The translations under genes and the position numbers were made by a program. A DNA stretch of 64,000 nt from Desulfatiglandales bacterium. Its GTDB lineage: Bacteria > Desulfobacterota > DSM-4660 > Desulfatiglandales > Desulfatiglandaceae. Positions 41,101 through 50,466 of this stretch are shown in pieces. Positions within the stretch are counted from its first letter, which is position 1, and every line of letters starts with the position of its first letter. The notes beneath the pieces were generated by a model. It was not told the DNA's origin and did not search any database. It worked only from the letters and a program-made list of their open reading frames with translations. The stretch covers positions 8,000,001 to 8,064,000 of the forward strand of contig OY759599.1 of the NCBI GenBank assembly GCA_963662465.1, in the 5' to 3' direction.

Positions 41101-41920
41101 GATTTGGACGATCAACGCAGACTCGGTTCAGATTGAGCAAATGTTGCTGAATTTAGGGACCAACGCCGCCGACGCAATGCCCGACGGCGGAAGACTTCTT
41201 TTCGAGATTGAGAACGCAACGTTGGATGCCGACTTTGCAAAACGGCACCTGGGCGCCGAACCCGGTAGATACGTTCTCCTGTCTGTCTCAGACACGGGTC
41301 AAGGCATGGACCAGGAAACTGTTAATAAGATATTCGACCCGTTCTTCACGACCAAAGAGTTCGGAAAAGGAACCGGCCTCGGGTTGGCCTCTGTATACGG
41401 CATCGTCAAAAGCCATAGAGGATACATCACCTGCTACAGCGAGGCCGGAAAGGGCGCCACCTTCAAAATATACTTCCCCGCCATAGTTAAGCCCGAGACT
41501 GAAGAAATCGAGGAAGTTGAAGCCAAACCCATCCCAAGGGGCACCGAGACCATCTTGATTGTGGACGATGAGGAAGACATCCGAGGTTTCGCTCAGCAGG
41601 CAATTATGAAATTCGGCTACAGGGTATTGACCGCCTCAACCGGTGAGGAAGCGCTGGAACTCTATGGCGCAAAGTCCAATGAAATTGACCTTGTGGTCAT
41701 GGATCTCGGTATGCCGGGCATGGGCGGCCACAAGTGCCTTCAGGAAATGCTCAAATTTAACCGACAGGTACGGGTCATCATTGCCAGTGGATACTCCATC
41801 AATGGCCAGGTGAAGAAATCTTTGGAGGTTGGGGCCAGGGGATACGTGGGGAAACCCTACCAGTTGGCCGGCCTGCTGAATACGGTGCGTGAGGCTTTGG
41901 ACGGAGATTCCGACATATAA
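38117..41920 (+). CDS. Hybrid histidine kinase (coiled coil-PAS-GAF-4xPAS-HisKA-HATPase-REC)
   Basis: GTLAGGISHDFNN, GTGLGL, REC VDDE/DLGMP; RBS AGGAGG. Confidence 0.93.
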   Translation: MNSHQHKKADALRERAEKLPAESSDVLDPMELTDLKQMAHELVAHQAELELQNEELRQTQLALRETRDRFAALFEYAPVGYVVLDSSGIIRQANNTWRVMVNRADEDFRGSPFADTISPEDASIFLARFRSFFRNPAKKQIVLRMKRKGSTPFHAQIEAEPKAIKPHKHTPTNDELMIIVSDITHLREALLEIENKNGELGQINERLDHINRVLLAIRNVNQLIVQESDPSRLIDLACKNLTETMGYFCAWIALLENDDTAGLKMAASGLGGGFEAIRERIIDGEYPPCMRRALDLDETVVVKNPKLDCPDCPLSSEYAGRAGLIRRLSLEGKTYGILAVSVPENYAYSEEEQGLFNEVSGDLAFAFHKIELATRLAESQRRYLEIFERSRDGFVMVDKAGRIIDANRAYCDMLGYSLDELRAMPDFYRITPEPWREWEAEKIWENKLVRHGYSGLYEKEYIRRDGSVFPVELHSYTVRRKNGEIEYLWGTARDVTERRQREERIALLGRMLDEAPAAITVHNNDGRFFYANHYTVRLHGYEDEKEFLAVNLHDLDVPESEALLAELFRRIAETGEARFEVAHYRKDGSTFPLEVLAKAIEWQGEYAVLSIAADITDRIQADERLRLAKNRLELAANAAGFGVWDLDLKRNILIWDDWMYRLYGVDPKDFEGAYEAWQKGVHPEDVGRAGREVELAIAGEKEFDTEFRVVYPSGEIRHIKAYAMVSRDGSGEPVRMTGINFDITDRKKAEDALRESEIFLRETQQAARLGGWKANPLTDELKWTDGVYDIIEAHRNYCPGLAEGLKYFCPEYLPVIKERLDECVSDGQSFSMEVEIITDKGNRCWVELRGFKRENSHNEPVIMGTIQDISDRKQAEEDKQKLQAQLQQAQKMEAVGTLAGGISHDFNNLLQAIDGYTELLLMDRSERDSDYQFLRIIQNAGSRAADLIRQLLLFSRKAESNKRAIELQHEVGQAKGMLERTIPKMIEIQIITGNRIWTINADSVQIEQMLLNLGTNAADAMPDGGRLLFEIENATLDADFAKRHLGAEPGRYVLLSVSDTGQGMDQETVNKIFDPFFTTKEFGKGTGLGLASVYGIVKSHRGYITCYSEAGKGATFKIYFPAIVKPETEEIEEVEAKPIPRGTETILIVDDEEDIRGFAQQAIMKFGYRVLTASTGEEALELYGAKSNEIDLVVMDLGMPGMGGHKCLQEMLKFNRQVRVIIASGYSINGQVKKSLEVGARGYVGKPYQLAGLLNTVREALDGDSDI

Positions 41921-42212
41921 CCAGATCAGCCGAAGGCATCGCAAGGAGGACGCTAAATGTCGGCAAATGCAGAGGCAAAGTCATGCCTGTTATCGACCTA
42001 AGGGTAAAATTTCGGCATGCCTCCCGTCGATTACACCGAAAAGAAGAGCATCATTGGCCCCCCGGTAGGGAGTTTTCAACCCTATGTAAAACGGCAATTT
42101 ACTGTTTTCTGGATTGCGGTATAAACTAATGTAATATGAACCCAGTGAAGTAATAGGATATGGTCTGTATTCTTAAAGTATGACCGGTACTCAACGCTCA
42201 AAGATAGAATAA

Positions 42213-44660
42213 TTATTCTTGAGCATTACGTTTTGCGTCATTCAGCACTTTTCGAACCATTTGGGCCATTCTTGATTTGGCAATTGGCTTCAAAAGAAAA
42301 CCTTTGATTCCAATGGAATCCGCCTTTCCTTTATCAATTTGCTCACTGAAACCGGTGCAAATGATGATGGGAATGTCCGATCTGATTGAAATCAGTTTTT
42401 TTGCCAATTTGTCACCTGTCATGTTCGGCATGCTCATATCCGAAATGACCATATCATAAGCGTTCGGATTGGCCGCAAAAGTTTCCAAAGCATCCAGACT
42501 ACTCGTTTGGACTGTTACGTGATAACCGAGGCGCTCAAGCATTTGTGTTCCAACTTGCACAATCAGTTTTTCATCATCAACGAACAGGATGCGCTCGTTT
42601 CCAGTTTTGTAATTTACATTTTTCTCCATTGATACTTTGCCGTTAGATTTTTCAATTAACGGCAGATACACGGTGAAGGTTGTCCCTTCGTTCAGTTCAC
42701 TTTCGACCTTAATGTCACCCCGGTGTTCTTTGACAATGCCATAGACGACGGCAAGTCCCAGTCCCGTTCCCTTGCCTTGTTCCTTGGTGGTAAAATAGGG
42801 CTCAAATATTTTTTTGATATTAAAAGGCTCTATGCCACACCCTGTGTCACAAACTGTAAACGTTACATATTTGCCGGACTCAATCACAAGGTCCGCAACA
42901 TCTTTATTTTCTAAATTAACTTCCTTCAACCGGACATTGATTTTTCCATCGGTATGTTCCACAGCGTGAAAAGCATTGGTGATCAGATTCATGGCGATTT
43001 GATGTACCTGAGTCGCATCAGCATTTACAAAACCACAATCCGTTTGGATGTGCTGCTTAATATCGATATTCGTAGGTATTGTCGACCGAGCCAGTTTGAG
43101 CACCTCCTTTAAAACATTTTGTATTCTTATGGGCATCATCTTGTGGTCGGTCTGGCGGCTGAATGCCAAGATTTGCTGGACGAGATTGCTCCCCCTTTCA
43201 GCGGCTTTTAGAATCTGTTGTGCGTTTTGGTGCTCAAGGCTGTCTGGAGCTAGGTCTTCCACCAACAACTCGGCCAATCCCATAATCGGAAATAAAATGT
43301 TGTTAAAATCGTGAGCGATACCGCCGGCCAGGTTACCGATGGATTCCAACTTCTGGGCCTGTTGCAACAGGCCAATAAGTTTTATGTTTTCCTCTTCCTT
43401 GGCTTTTTTGTCCGTGATGTCTATCAGTACCCCAATCAGTCCCGCAACATTTCCCTTGCTGTCAGTAAAAGTTGCCTTATTGAAGATGAAATCACACAGC
43501 CGGCCACGCGCACTTTTCATCTGAGACTCGTAACGCTGAACCCCTCCACCGCTGAAGAGCTTGTCATCCTGGGCGCTATATATTTCAGCAAGTTCCGGCG
43601 GATTAATATCAAATACGGACTTACCTATGAGCTTTTCTTTTTTTTCACCAAAAAACGTCTCAAAGGCCTTGTTGAATCCAAGATATTTCCCATCCCTGTC
43701 TTTGTAAAAGATGGGCGTTGGGATTGCATCGATCAGGTTTTTTAAAAACGCTTCACTCTCTTGCAAAGCCTCCTCCACCCGCTTACGTTCGGTGATGTCG
43801 AGACCGATGCCATTCCAGACGATTCCACCATCCGGGCGTAAGCTTGGAATGGAGGAAGCATGAATCCAAATCCGTTCACCGGTTTTCTTAATACATCGAT
43901 GAATGACATTATAAGGCGTCATGGTGACTGCGGACGCCTCTATGGCCCTGGTCACCGTATCACGATCCGGCTGTGGTATCCGATCAAAGACCAGATGGGG
44001 GTTTGCCAGGATCTCTTCGGGATGATAACCAAATAGATTTAAGCAGTTATCTCCCACATATTGGAAATATGAATCACCTTCAGTACTGAGGACAAATTGA
44101 TAGGCTGTCCCGGGAAGGTTCTTCACAAGATCCTGACACTGTTTCTCACTTTCCATGAGTGAGCATGCCGTCAATTGGTGCTCGGCTTTCTCGTTTTTCA
44201 ATTCCGCGCTTCGCCGTTCAAGGAACTTCTCCAACAAGCGTTGGTGCTCCTTCAATTCTTTCTCAGCATTGACTAATCTCAGCTGGGCCTTCACCCGTGC
44301 CAATAGTTCATGGTTTTGGATGGGTCGTAGGATGTAATCATCCGCACCCTCTTCAAGACCGAAAACCTTGTCGTCAGTAGCCAAACGCTTACCTGTAATT
44401 AGAATCACATGAATACCGGATGTCATTTCACCGGTCTTCAGGCTTCGACAGACTTCAACGCCATCCATATCAGGCAGGACTACATCCAACAAAATAAGAT
44501 CCGGAAGATGCTCCCGGGCCAGATCAAGCGCTTTTTGACCGGTTTCCGCGTTTAGAACTTCATACCCGGTCTCTTTCAGGATTCTTGAAGTGGCAAACAG
44601 CACCTCCGGTTCGTCATCGACAACCAGAACTTTTGTATCCATTGTCATATTGGCCGCCAT
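42213..44660 (-). CDS. Hybrid histidine kinase (REC-PAS-PAS-HisKA-HATPase-REC)
   Basis: N-terminal VDDE/DVVLP receiver; GNLAGGIAHDFNN; C-terminal REC. Confidence 0.93.
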   Translation of the reverse strand: MAANMTMDTKVLVVDDEPEVLFATSRILKETGYEVLNAETGQKALDLAREHLPDLILLDVVLPDMDGVEVCRSLKTGEMTSGIHVILITGKRLATDDKVFGLEEGADDYILRPIQNHELLARVKAQLRLVNAEKELKEHQRLLEKFLERRSAELKNEKAEHQLTACSLMESEKQCQDLVKNLPGTAYQFVLSTEGDSYFQYVGDNCLNLFGYHPEEILANPHLVFDRIPQPDRDTVTRAIEASAVTMTPYNVIHRCIKKTGERIWIHASSIPSLRPDGGIVWNGIGLDITERKRVEEALQESEAFLKNLIDAIPTPIFYKDRDGKYLGFNKAFETFFGEKKEKLIGKSVFDINPPELAEIYSAQDDKLFSGGGVQRYESQMKSARGRLCDFIFNKATFTDSKGNVAGLIGVLIDITDKKAKEEENIKLIGLLQQAQKLESIGNLAGGIAHDFNNILFPIMGLAELLVEDLAPDSLEHQNAQQILKAAERGSNLVQQILAFSRQTDHKMMPIRIQNVLKEVLKLARSTIPTNIDIKQHIQTDCGFVNADATQVHQIAMNLITNAFHAVEHTDGKINVRLKEVNLENKDVADLVIESGKYVTFTVCDTGCGIEPFNIKKIFEPYFTTKEQGKGTGLGLAVVYGIVKEHRGDIKVESELNEGTTFTVYLPLIEKSNGKVSMEKNVNYKTGNERILFVDDEKLIVQVGTQMLERLGYHVTVQTSSLDALETFAANPNAYDMVISDMSMPNMTGDKLAKKLISIRSDIPIIICTGFSEQIDKGKADSIGIKGFLLKPIAKSRMAQMVRKVLNDAKRNAQE

Positions 44661-44859
44661 TTTGAGAAAAGGGTTTGTGACACCTAAATGAAATCCCGTT
44701 TGTTCAATTCATCGGTACGCTTGGATGGAAACCGCCGTATTTGAATGGTACTGGTATTTTCATCAGAGATGTAGAATAAGGGATTATAAGAAGAAATCGG
44801 AAATGTGTCGATCATTTTCTGTAAATAGTTGCTCCAGAAAGATTGAGGTCAGGCATAAA

Positions 44860-44958
44860 ATGGACGATTACTTGAGCAAACCGGTCCGACCCGCTGACAT
44901 TCGAAAAGCCTTGCTGCGAGCCGGAGTATCGGAATCGGGAGACTTAGACGGGCGGTGA
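44860..44958 (+). pseudogene. C-terminal receiver-domain remnant
   Basis: MDDYLSKPVRPADIRKAL; 3' part repeated at 57557-57640. Confidence 0.6.
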
Positions 44959-45123
44959 GAGCAATTTGATATCATCACCAAATCTGTAAGTCGCTAATTT
45001 TCCGAGCAGTCAAACCGCTTTATGGTTGACAGAAAACGGATTTGCGGAAACAATGAGCCGTTGAGAACACATCCCGATCAAAACAACGCTTTATCGGAGC
45101 CCAAGCCATGTTCGATAGTCCGA

Positions 45124-45208
<85 letters not shown>

Positions 45209-45250
45209 CTTTTAATTTTAAAAGAAGATTGTTTAAAAACACCCCATAAT

Positions 45251-45285
45251 GCCCCGGCGCCCATGAAGATGCCGGGGCTTTTTTT
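45251..45285 (+). terminator. Intrinsic terminator-like hairpin in the leader
   Basis: GCCCCGGCG...TGCCGGGGC followed by T7. Confidence 0.6.
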
Positions 45286-45385
45286 AGTGCCGGCGTCCCG
45301 GGTCCCGATCAAGGCTGATGAAACAATGATTCCCATATCAACTACGCCGTCTGATTTTTTCTGATCCCTTAGGAGGCCAACGGCC

Positions 45386-47484
45386 ATGCCCACAAAAAAG
45401 AAAAAAGCGCCGTCCGCCAATGAAACTTCTTTGGAAAAGGCCAAACAAGAGAAAAAACCAAAAGATGCCGACAGCTATGCCCGGCGCCCTTTTCCGGCGT
45501 CATTAGATAAAATCAAACTCGAAGAACCCCCGATAAAAAACCAGATACGGAAAATTTCTGCCTTGATTCGCAGCGCCACCGGCCACGATTTTTCCCATTA
45601 CAAACCGGGCGCCATTGCCCGTTGCATTGAACATCGCCTGGCGGTTCACCAGATAACGGCGTTGTCCGATTACGTCCGCTATCTCCGGAAAAATCCCGCC
45701 GAGATCGACGTGCTTTTCAAGAGTCTGCTCATCGGGGTCACCCGTTTTTTCAGGGACGGGGAAGCCTACGATCTGCTTAAAGGGCAGGCGCTGCCGGCCT
45801 TGTTGAGCCAAAAAGATCCGGATGCGACCGTCCGTTTCTGGGTTGCGGGCTGTTCTACCGGTGAAGAAGCCTACTCGTTGGGCATGGTCCTTTCCGAAGT
45901 GATGGATAGCCTCAAAAGACAATTCAACGTTAAAATCTTTGCCACGGATATCGATGGGGCCGCACTGGATATTGCCCGCAAGGGGGTCTATCCGGAAAAT
46001 ATCGGCGCGGATGTTTCAAAGGAGCGCCTGAACCGGTTTTTCATCAAAGAGCCGGGATTGTTCAAGGTCAGCGAACCCCTTCGCAGCAGGGTCATTTTTT
46101 CTCTTCAAAATGTCATTAAAGATCCACCCTTTTCCCGGCTTGACCTGGTGAGTTGCCGAAACCTCATGATCTATATGGACAGTGTCCTGCAGGAAAAAAT
46201 CATCCCCCTGTTTCACTATACCCTGAACCCGGGCGGGATTCTTTTGTTGGGCACATCCGAAAGCATCGGCGAACACAGGGATTTTTTTAAGCCCATCAAT
46301 AGCAAATGGAAAATTTTTGAACGAAAGAAAGGGGTTGCCCAAACGATCCCTGCTTATTCCCCCGGTGTCGATTACTTCACCCGGCGAAGAACAGAATCGA
46401 ACGACAATCCGCCGACAGCCGGCGCCATCCGGGAAATGGCGGAAAGGGGAATACTAGATGGGTATGTGCCCGCCGGTGTCCTGGTCAATGATCAATGCGA
46501 AATCCTGCATTTTGTGGGTAAAACGGAGAGATTCCTAACGCTGCCCCCGGGGAAGCCCAGTTTCAATATCCTGAATATGGCGCGGGAGGATCTCAAACCG
46601 CCGCTGATGACATTACTTCACAAAGCAGTCAGGGAAAAAACGAACAGATCCTTAAAGAACGTTCGCATCAAGAATAAAGATGCGCTCTGCATTGTGGACC
46701 TGCCCGTCAAACAGATGAGACCCGGCTTTATGCTGGTCATATTTGAGGATAAAACGCCGGAAAGGGCAGGGGATAAAGAAGCGTCCGGCCCACTGAAAAC
46801 AAAAAGCCTTGATACGGATCTCCAAAATCTCGAACATGAACTGCAAGCGACCCGGGAATATCTTCAGGCGACCATCGAGGAGCTGGAAACCTCCAAAGGT
46901 CGCTCAATGACCTGAAAACCCTCTTTCCGGATGTGGATTTGGGCGGCCTGGGGGAAAAAGTCCTCAAAGACCTCAATACCGTGGAGCGGGAAATCCTCTC
47001 AAAAGATTTGAGCTGGTATGCCATGAAGATCATGCCGTATCGGACCACCCGGAATATCATTGCCGGTGTGGTGATGACTTTTGTGGATATCCACAAGATC
47101 AAACAAGCGGATAAAATCAGGCGTTTGGCCGCTGTTCTGGAAGATGCCAATGATGCCGTCACCGTGCTGGATTTGAAGGGGCGGATTCTTTCCTGGAACA
47201 AGGGGGCGCGGGAACTGTACGGCTGGACCGAATCGGAGGCCCTGCAAAGGAATTTTTCGGCCCTTGTTCCAAAGGACCGTGAGAAGGAGTTCGGAGAAAT
47301 TGTCGATAAACTGATGAAAAACAAAACCATCAAATCCTTCAAGACCCAGCGGATTACCAAAGACGGCGATATTCCGGATATCTGGTTGACGGCAAGCGCA
47401 TTGACCGATGAAAACGGCCGGGTCGTCGAGATAGCGATCACGGAGCGTGATCCGGCGTGGTTGGCGGAAAGGGAGGAGGACTGA
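45386..47484 (+). pseudogene. cheR: CheR-PAS-coiled coil-PAS protein split into two ORFs (45386-46915 and 46933-47484); CheB domain absent
   Basis: CheR motifs, then ELQATREYLQATIEELETS ending abruptly; the downstream PAS half is in another frame. Confidence 0.75.
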
Positions 47485-47486
47485 AA

Positions 47487-50120
47487 ATGGCGAAAACGGA
47501 GAATATAACAGACGGAGCAGAACTCAGGCGGGTTGCCGAAGCGGCTTTGGAAACCTCACCCCGTGAAGATGATGATCTTTCAGGGATTTCTCCTGAAGCC
47601 GCAGCGAACCTGATCCACGAGCTTCGCGTACACCAGGTCGAACTGGAAATGCAGAATGAAGCGCTCTTACGGGTTCAACTGGAACTGGCAGCGGAAAGGA
47701 ATAAATATTCCGACCTCTATGACTTTGCCCCTGTCGGTTACTTTACGATCAGCGATAAGGGAGTGATTCTGGAAGCAAATCTCACTGCTGCCGCCATGTT
47801 GGGTGTGGAAAGGGGCATATTGGCAGGGTCCTCTTTCCATGATTACATCACCACGGATGACCAGGACATTTTCTATAAATACCGACAACAGTTTTCGGAA
47901 ACAGAGGCGCCCCGGTCCTGTGATCTTCGGCTTGTGAAAAGGGACGGCCATGATTTTTATGCCCGATTGGAATGCAGCGTCATAACCGGCAGGGGGAACG
48001 ATTTAAAGCAGATCCGGATGGCGGTAAGCGATGTCGCCGAGCGCAAACAGGCAGAAGAGGCACTGCTGAAAGCCCATTATGAAGTCGAAGATAAGGTGGT
48101 GGAACGCACTGCCGAATTAGCGAAGACGAACCACGAATTAACGGGGGAGATCGATGAGCGCAAACAGGCGGAAGAGGCGCTGCGCCGCATCCAGTTAATG
48201 TTGGCGCGGACTGAACGTATCGCGCATATCGGCAGTTGGGAATGGAACATCGCTACGGATTCGGTCATTTGGTCGGAGGAACTCTTCCGCATTTTTCAGC
48301 TTGACCCCGAGGGAGGAGCGCCCGGTTGGTCGGAACACTCTGCCTTGTATCATCCCGAAGATATGACCTTCCTGCACCAGGCTGTTGAAAGGGCGGTATC
48401 CGATGGAACGTCTTATGAACTGGAGCTGCGTGCGTTACGGAAAGACGGAGAAACCCGCGTTTGTCTTGCCCGTGGATATCCGGAAATGGATTTGAATGGC
48501 AGGGTTGTGCGTCTGTTCGGTTGTTTACAGGACATTACGGATTCCAAGGCGGCGGAGCAGGCACTGCTTCAAAGTGAAACAAAACTGAGAACCATCCTGG
48601 ATAGTCTGCCGGAAATGATTTTAGAAGTCGATCCGGAACTAAAGATCCATTGGGCCAATAAAACAGCGCTGGATTTGAATCCGCATGCGGTCGGCCAAAC
48701 CTGCTATAAGGCATTTCCTCATCAAGAAAAGATTTGCGAGGGTTGCGTCTGCCATAAGGCCCTGGAAACCGGTAACATAGAAATGGGTATTATGTATCAG
48801 CCCGAATCAAAAACCGCCGGAGAAAGCTACTGGGAAAATATCGGCGTTCCCTTGAGGAACAGTGACGGCAATGTCGTAAAAATGATTGAAATTTCAAGAA
48901 ATGTGACCGAACGTGAATTGTCCCGGGAAAGGGAAAAGATACTCCAGAGTTCGCTGATCCATGCCCGGAAAATGGAAAGCATCGCCACGTTGACCGGTGG
49001 CATCGCCCATGACTACAATAATCTGATGTCCATCGTCATGGGCAACCTGTCCATGGCCATGGAGGAAGTAGCGCCTGGCTCTCTTCTGGCGGATTTTCTC
49101 AGTGAGGCAAACACCGCCTCTCACAAAGTGCGGGATCTGACCCATGAACTCATGTCCCTTTCCAGAGGGGGCGATCCTGTCAAGAAATTGGGATCTTTAG
49201 AGAAGCTATTGAAAAATACCGAAAGCCTGATTCCTGCCGATAGCGATATTTCACTCAAAAAAACCATTCAGCCGGACCTGTGGCCGGCCCATTATGATCA
49301 GTATAAAATGGGAGCCGTCTTTAGAAATGTGGTGACCAATGCGGTGGAGGCCATGCCGGACGGGGGAAACCTTAACGTGAAAGCAGAGAACCTGCGAATT
49401 GAGGATAAGGAACAATATCCCGGACTGCCCCTCAAGCCGGGCGATTATGCACACATTGCCATTCAAGATCAGGGAGTGGGGATTCCGGAAGAAAACCTGA
49501 CCAAAATCTTCGATCCGTATTTCTCCACCAAGGGCATGGGCGTTCAGAAAGGAATGGGCCTGGGGCTCGCCACGGCATACGCGATTGTACACAAGCATGG
49601 GGGGCATATTGTCGTCGACTCAACTCCCGGTATGGGAACAACGGTAAACATCTATCTCCCGGCCACTGCCGCGGAGAGCAAAGTGCAAAGAGCAGAGCGT
49701 CCTGAACCGGGTCCCCAATCGTCAATCGCCAATCAACAATCATCAATTCCAAGGATTCTGGTCATGGACGATGAGGAGATGCTGAGGAACCTGGCGGAAA
49801 AAATGTTGAAAAGACTTGGATACGCGGTAGAAACCGTAAAAGACGGAATTGAAGCCATTGAAGTTTACAACAGGCAAAGGGATTCAGGAGAGACTTTTGA
49901 AGCGGTTATCCTGGACCTCACCATCAAGGGTGGCATGGGCGGCGAGCAGACCATCAAGGAACTCCTCAAAATCAATCCGGATGTGAAGGCTATTGTGTGC
50001 AGCGGCTATTTCAATGACCCGGTATTGACCAAGCATGCGGAATACGGTTTTCAGGGCGCCATGGCCAAGCCTTATCAAAAGAACGATCTCGAGCGTCTCT
50101 TGAAAGAAATTCGGGGGTAA
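47487..50120 (+). CDS. Hybrid histidine kinase (coiled coil-3xPAS-HisKA-HATPase-REC), paralog of 9016-11292
   Basis: Same motifs plus an extra 119-aa Cys-rich PAS domain. Confidence 0.92.
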   Translation: MAKTENITDGAELRRVAEAALETSPREDDDLSGISPEAAANLIHELRVHQVELEMQNEALLRVQLELAAERNKYSDLYDFAPVGYFTISDKGVILEANLTAAAMLGVERGILAGSSFHDYITTDDQDIFYKYRQQFSETEAPRSCDLRLVKRDGHDFYARLECSVITGRGNDLKQIRMAVSDVAERKQAEEALLKAHYEVEDKVVERTAELAKTNHELTGEIDERKQAEEALRRIQLMLARTERIAHIGSWEWNIATDSVIWSEELFRIFQLDPEGGAPGWSEHSALYHPEDMTFLHQAVERAVSDGTSYELELRALRKDGETRVCLARGYPEMDLNGRVVRLFGCLQDITDSKAAEQALLQSETKLRTILDSLPEMILEVDPELKIHWANKTALDLNPHAVGQTCYKAFPHQEKICEGCVCHKALETGNIEMGIMYQPESKTAGESYWENIGVPLRNSDGNVVKMIEISRNVTERELSREREKILQSSLIHARKMESIATLTGGIAHDYNNLMSIVMGNLSMAMEEVAPGSLLADFLSEANTASHKVRDLTHELMSLSRGGDPVKKLGSLEKLLKNTESLIPADSDISLKKTIQPDLWPAHYDQYKMGAVFRNVVTNAVEAMPDGGNLNVKAENLRIEDKEQYPGLPLKPGDYAHIAIQDQGVGIPEENLTKIFDPYFSTKGMGVQKGMGLGLATAYAIVHKHGGHIVVDSTPGMGTTVNIYLPATAAESKVQRAERPEPGPQSSIANQQSSIPRILVMDDEEMLRNLAEKMLKRLGYAVETVKDGIEAIEVYNRQRDSGETFEAVILDLTIKGGMGGEQTIKELLKINPDVKAIVCSGYFNDPVLTKHAEYGFQGAMAKPYQKNDLERLLKEIRG

Positions 50121-50158
50121 TCAACCACAAGTATTTCGGGAACAAATTGAGCCGTATT

Positions 50159-50294
50159 TTGGCTCGCCCGTTCTTATAAAATCAGGCAAGGCGCATCCGC
50201 CAGTGCATATTTGTGAATATGTGCCGGCGGGTGCAACGCAGTAGACGGGCCAAAGGACAAGCAAGATGGTGGAGATATTTTTTGCCGAGGTCCT
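50159..50294. repeat. Structured non-coding element, probably a one-ended MITE remnant
   Basis: Long hairpin GCATCCGCC-GTGCATATT-loop-AATATGTGC-GGCGGGTGC with outer CCCGT/ACGGG pairing. Confidence 0.45.
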
Positions 50295-50466
50295 AACTCC
50301 TTGAAGAAAAGGATTGCGCTCAAGACGGGACAAATATTTTTCCCTCGAAAATCCGAAGGCAACTATGGGGGTGAACCATGAGCAATAGATTTTGCCGGCC
50401 TGAAAAATATTTAAGATGCGATTCTGATTCCCTTTTGCGGGGTCAAGTCAATGGGAGGCTTTTTTG

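Noticed and set aside
41940..42045. Possible c-di-GMP-I riboswitch (GGCAAA...GCAAAG...CCTAAG)
   Set aside because: Could not build the P1/P2 stems and it lies between convergent genes; an Rfam search would settle it
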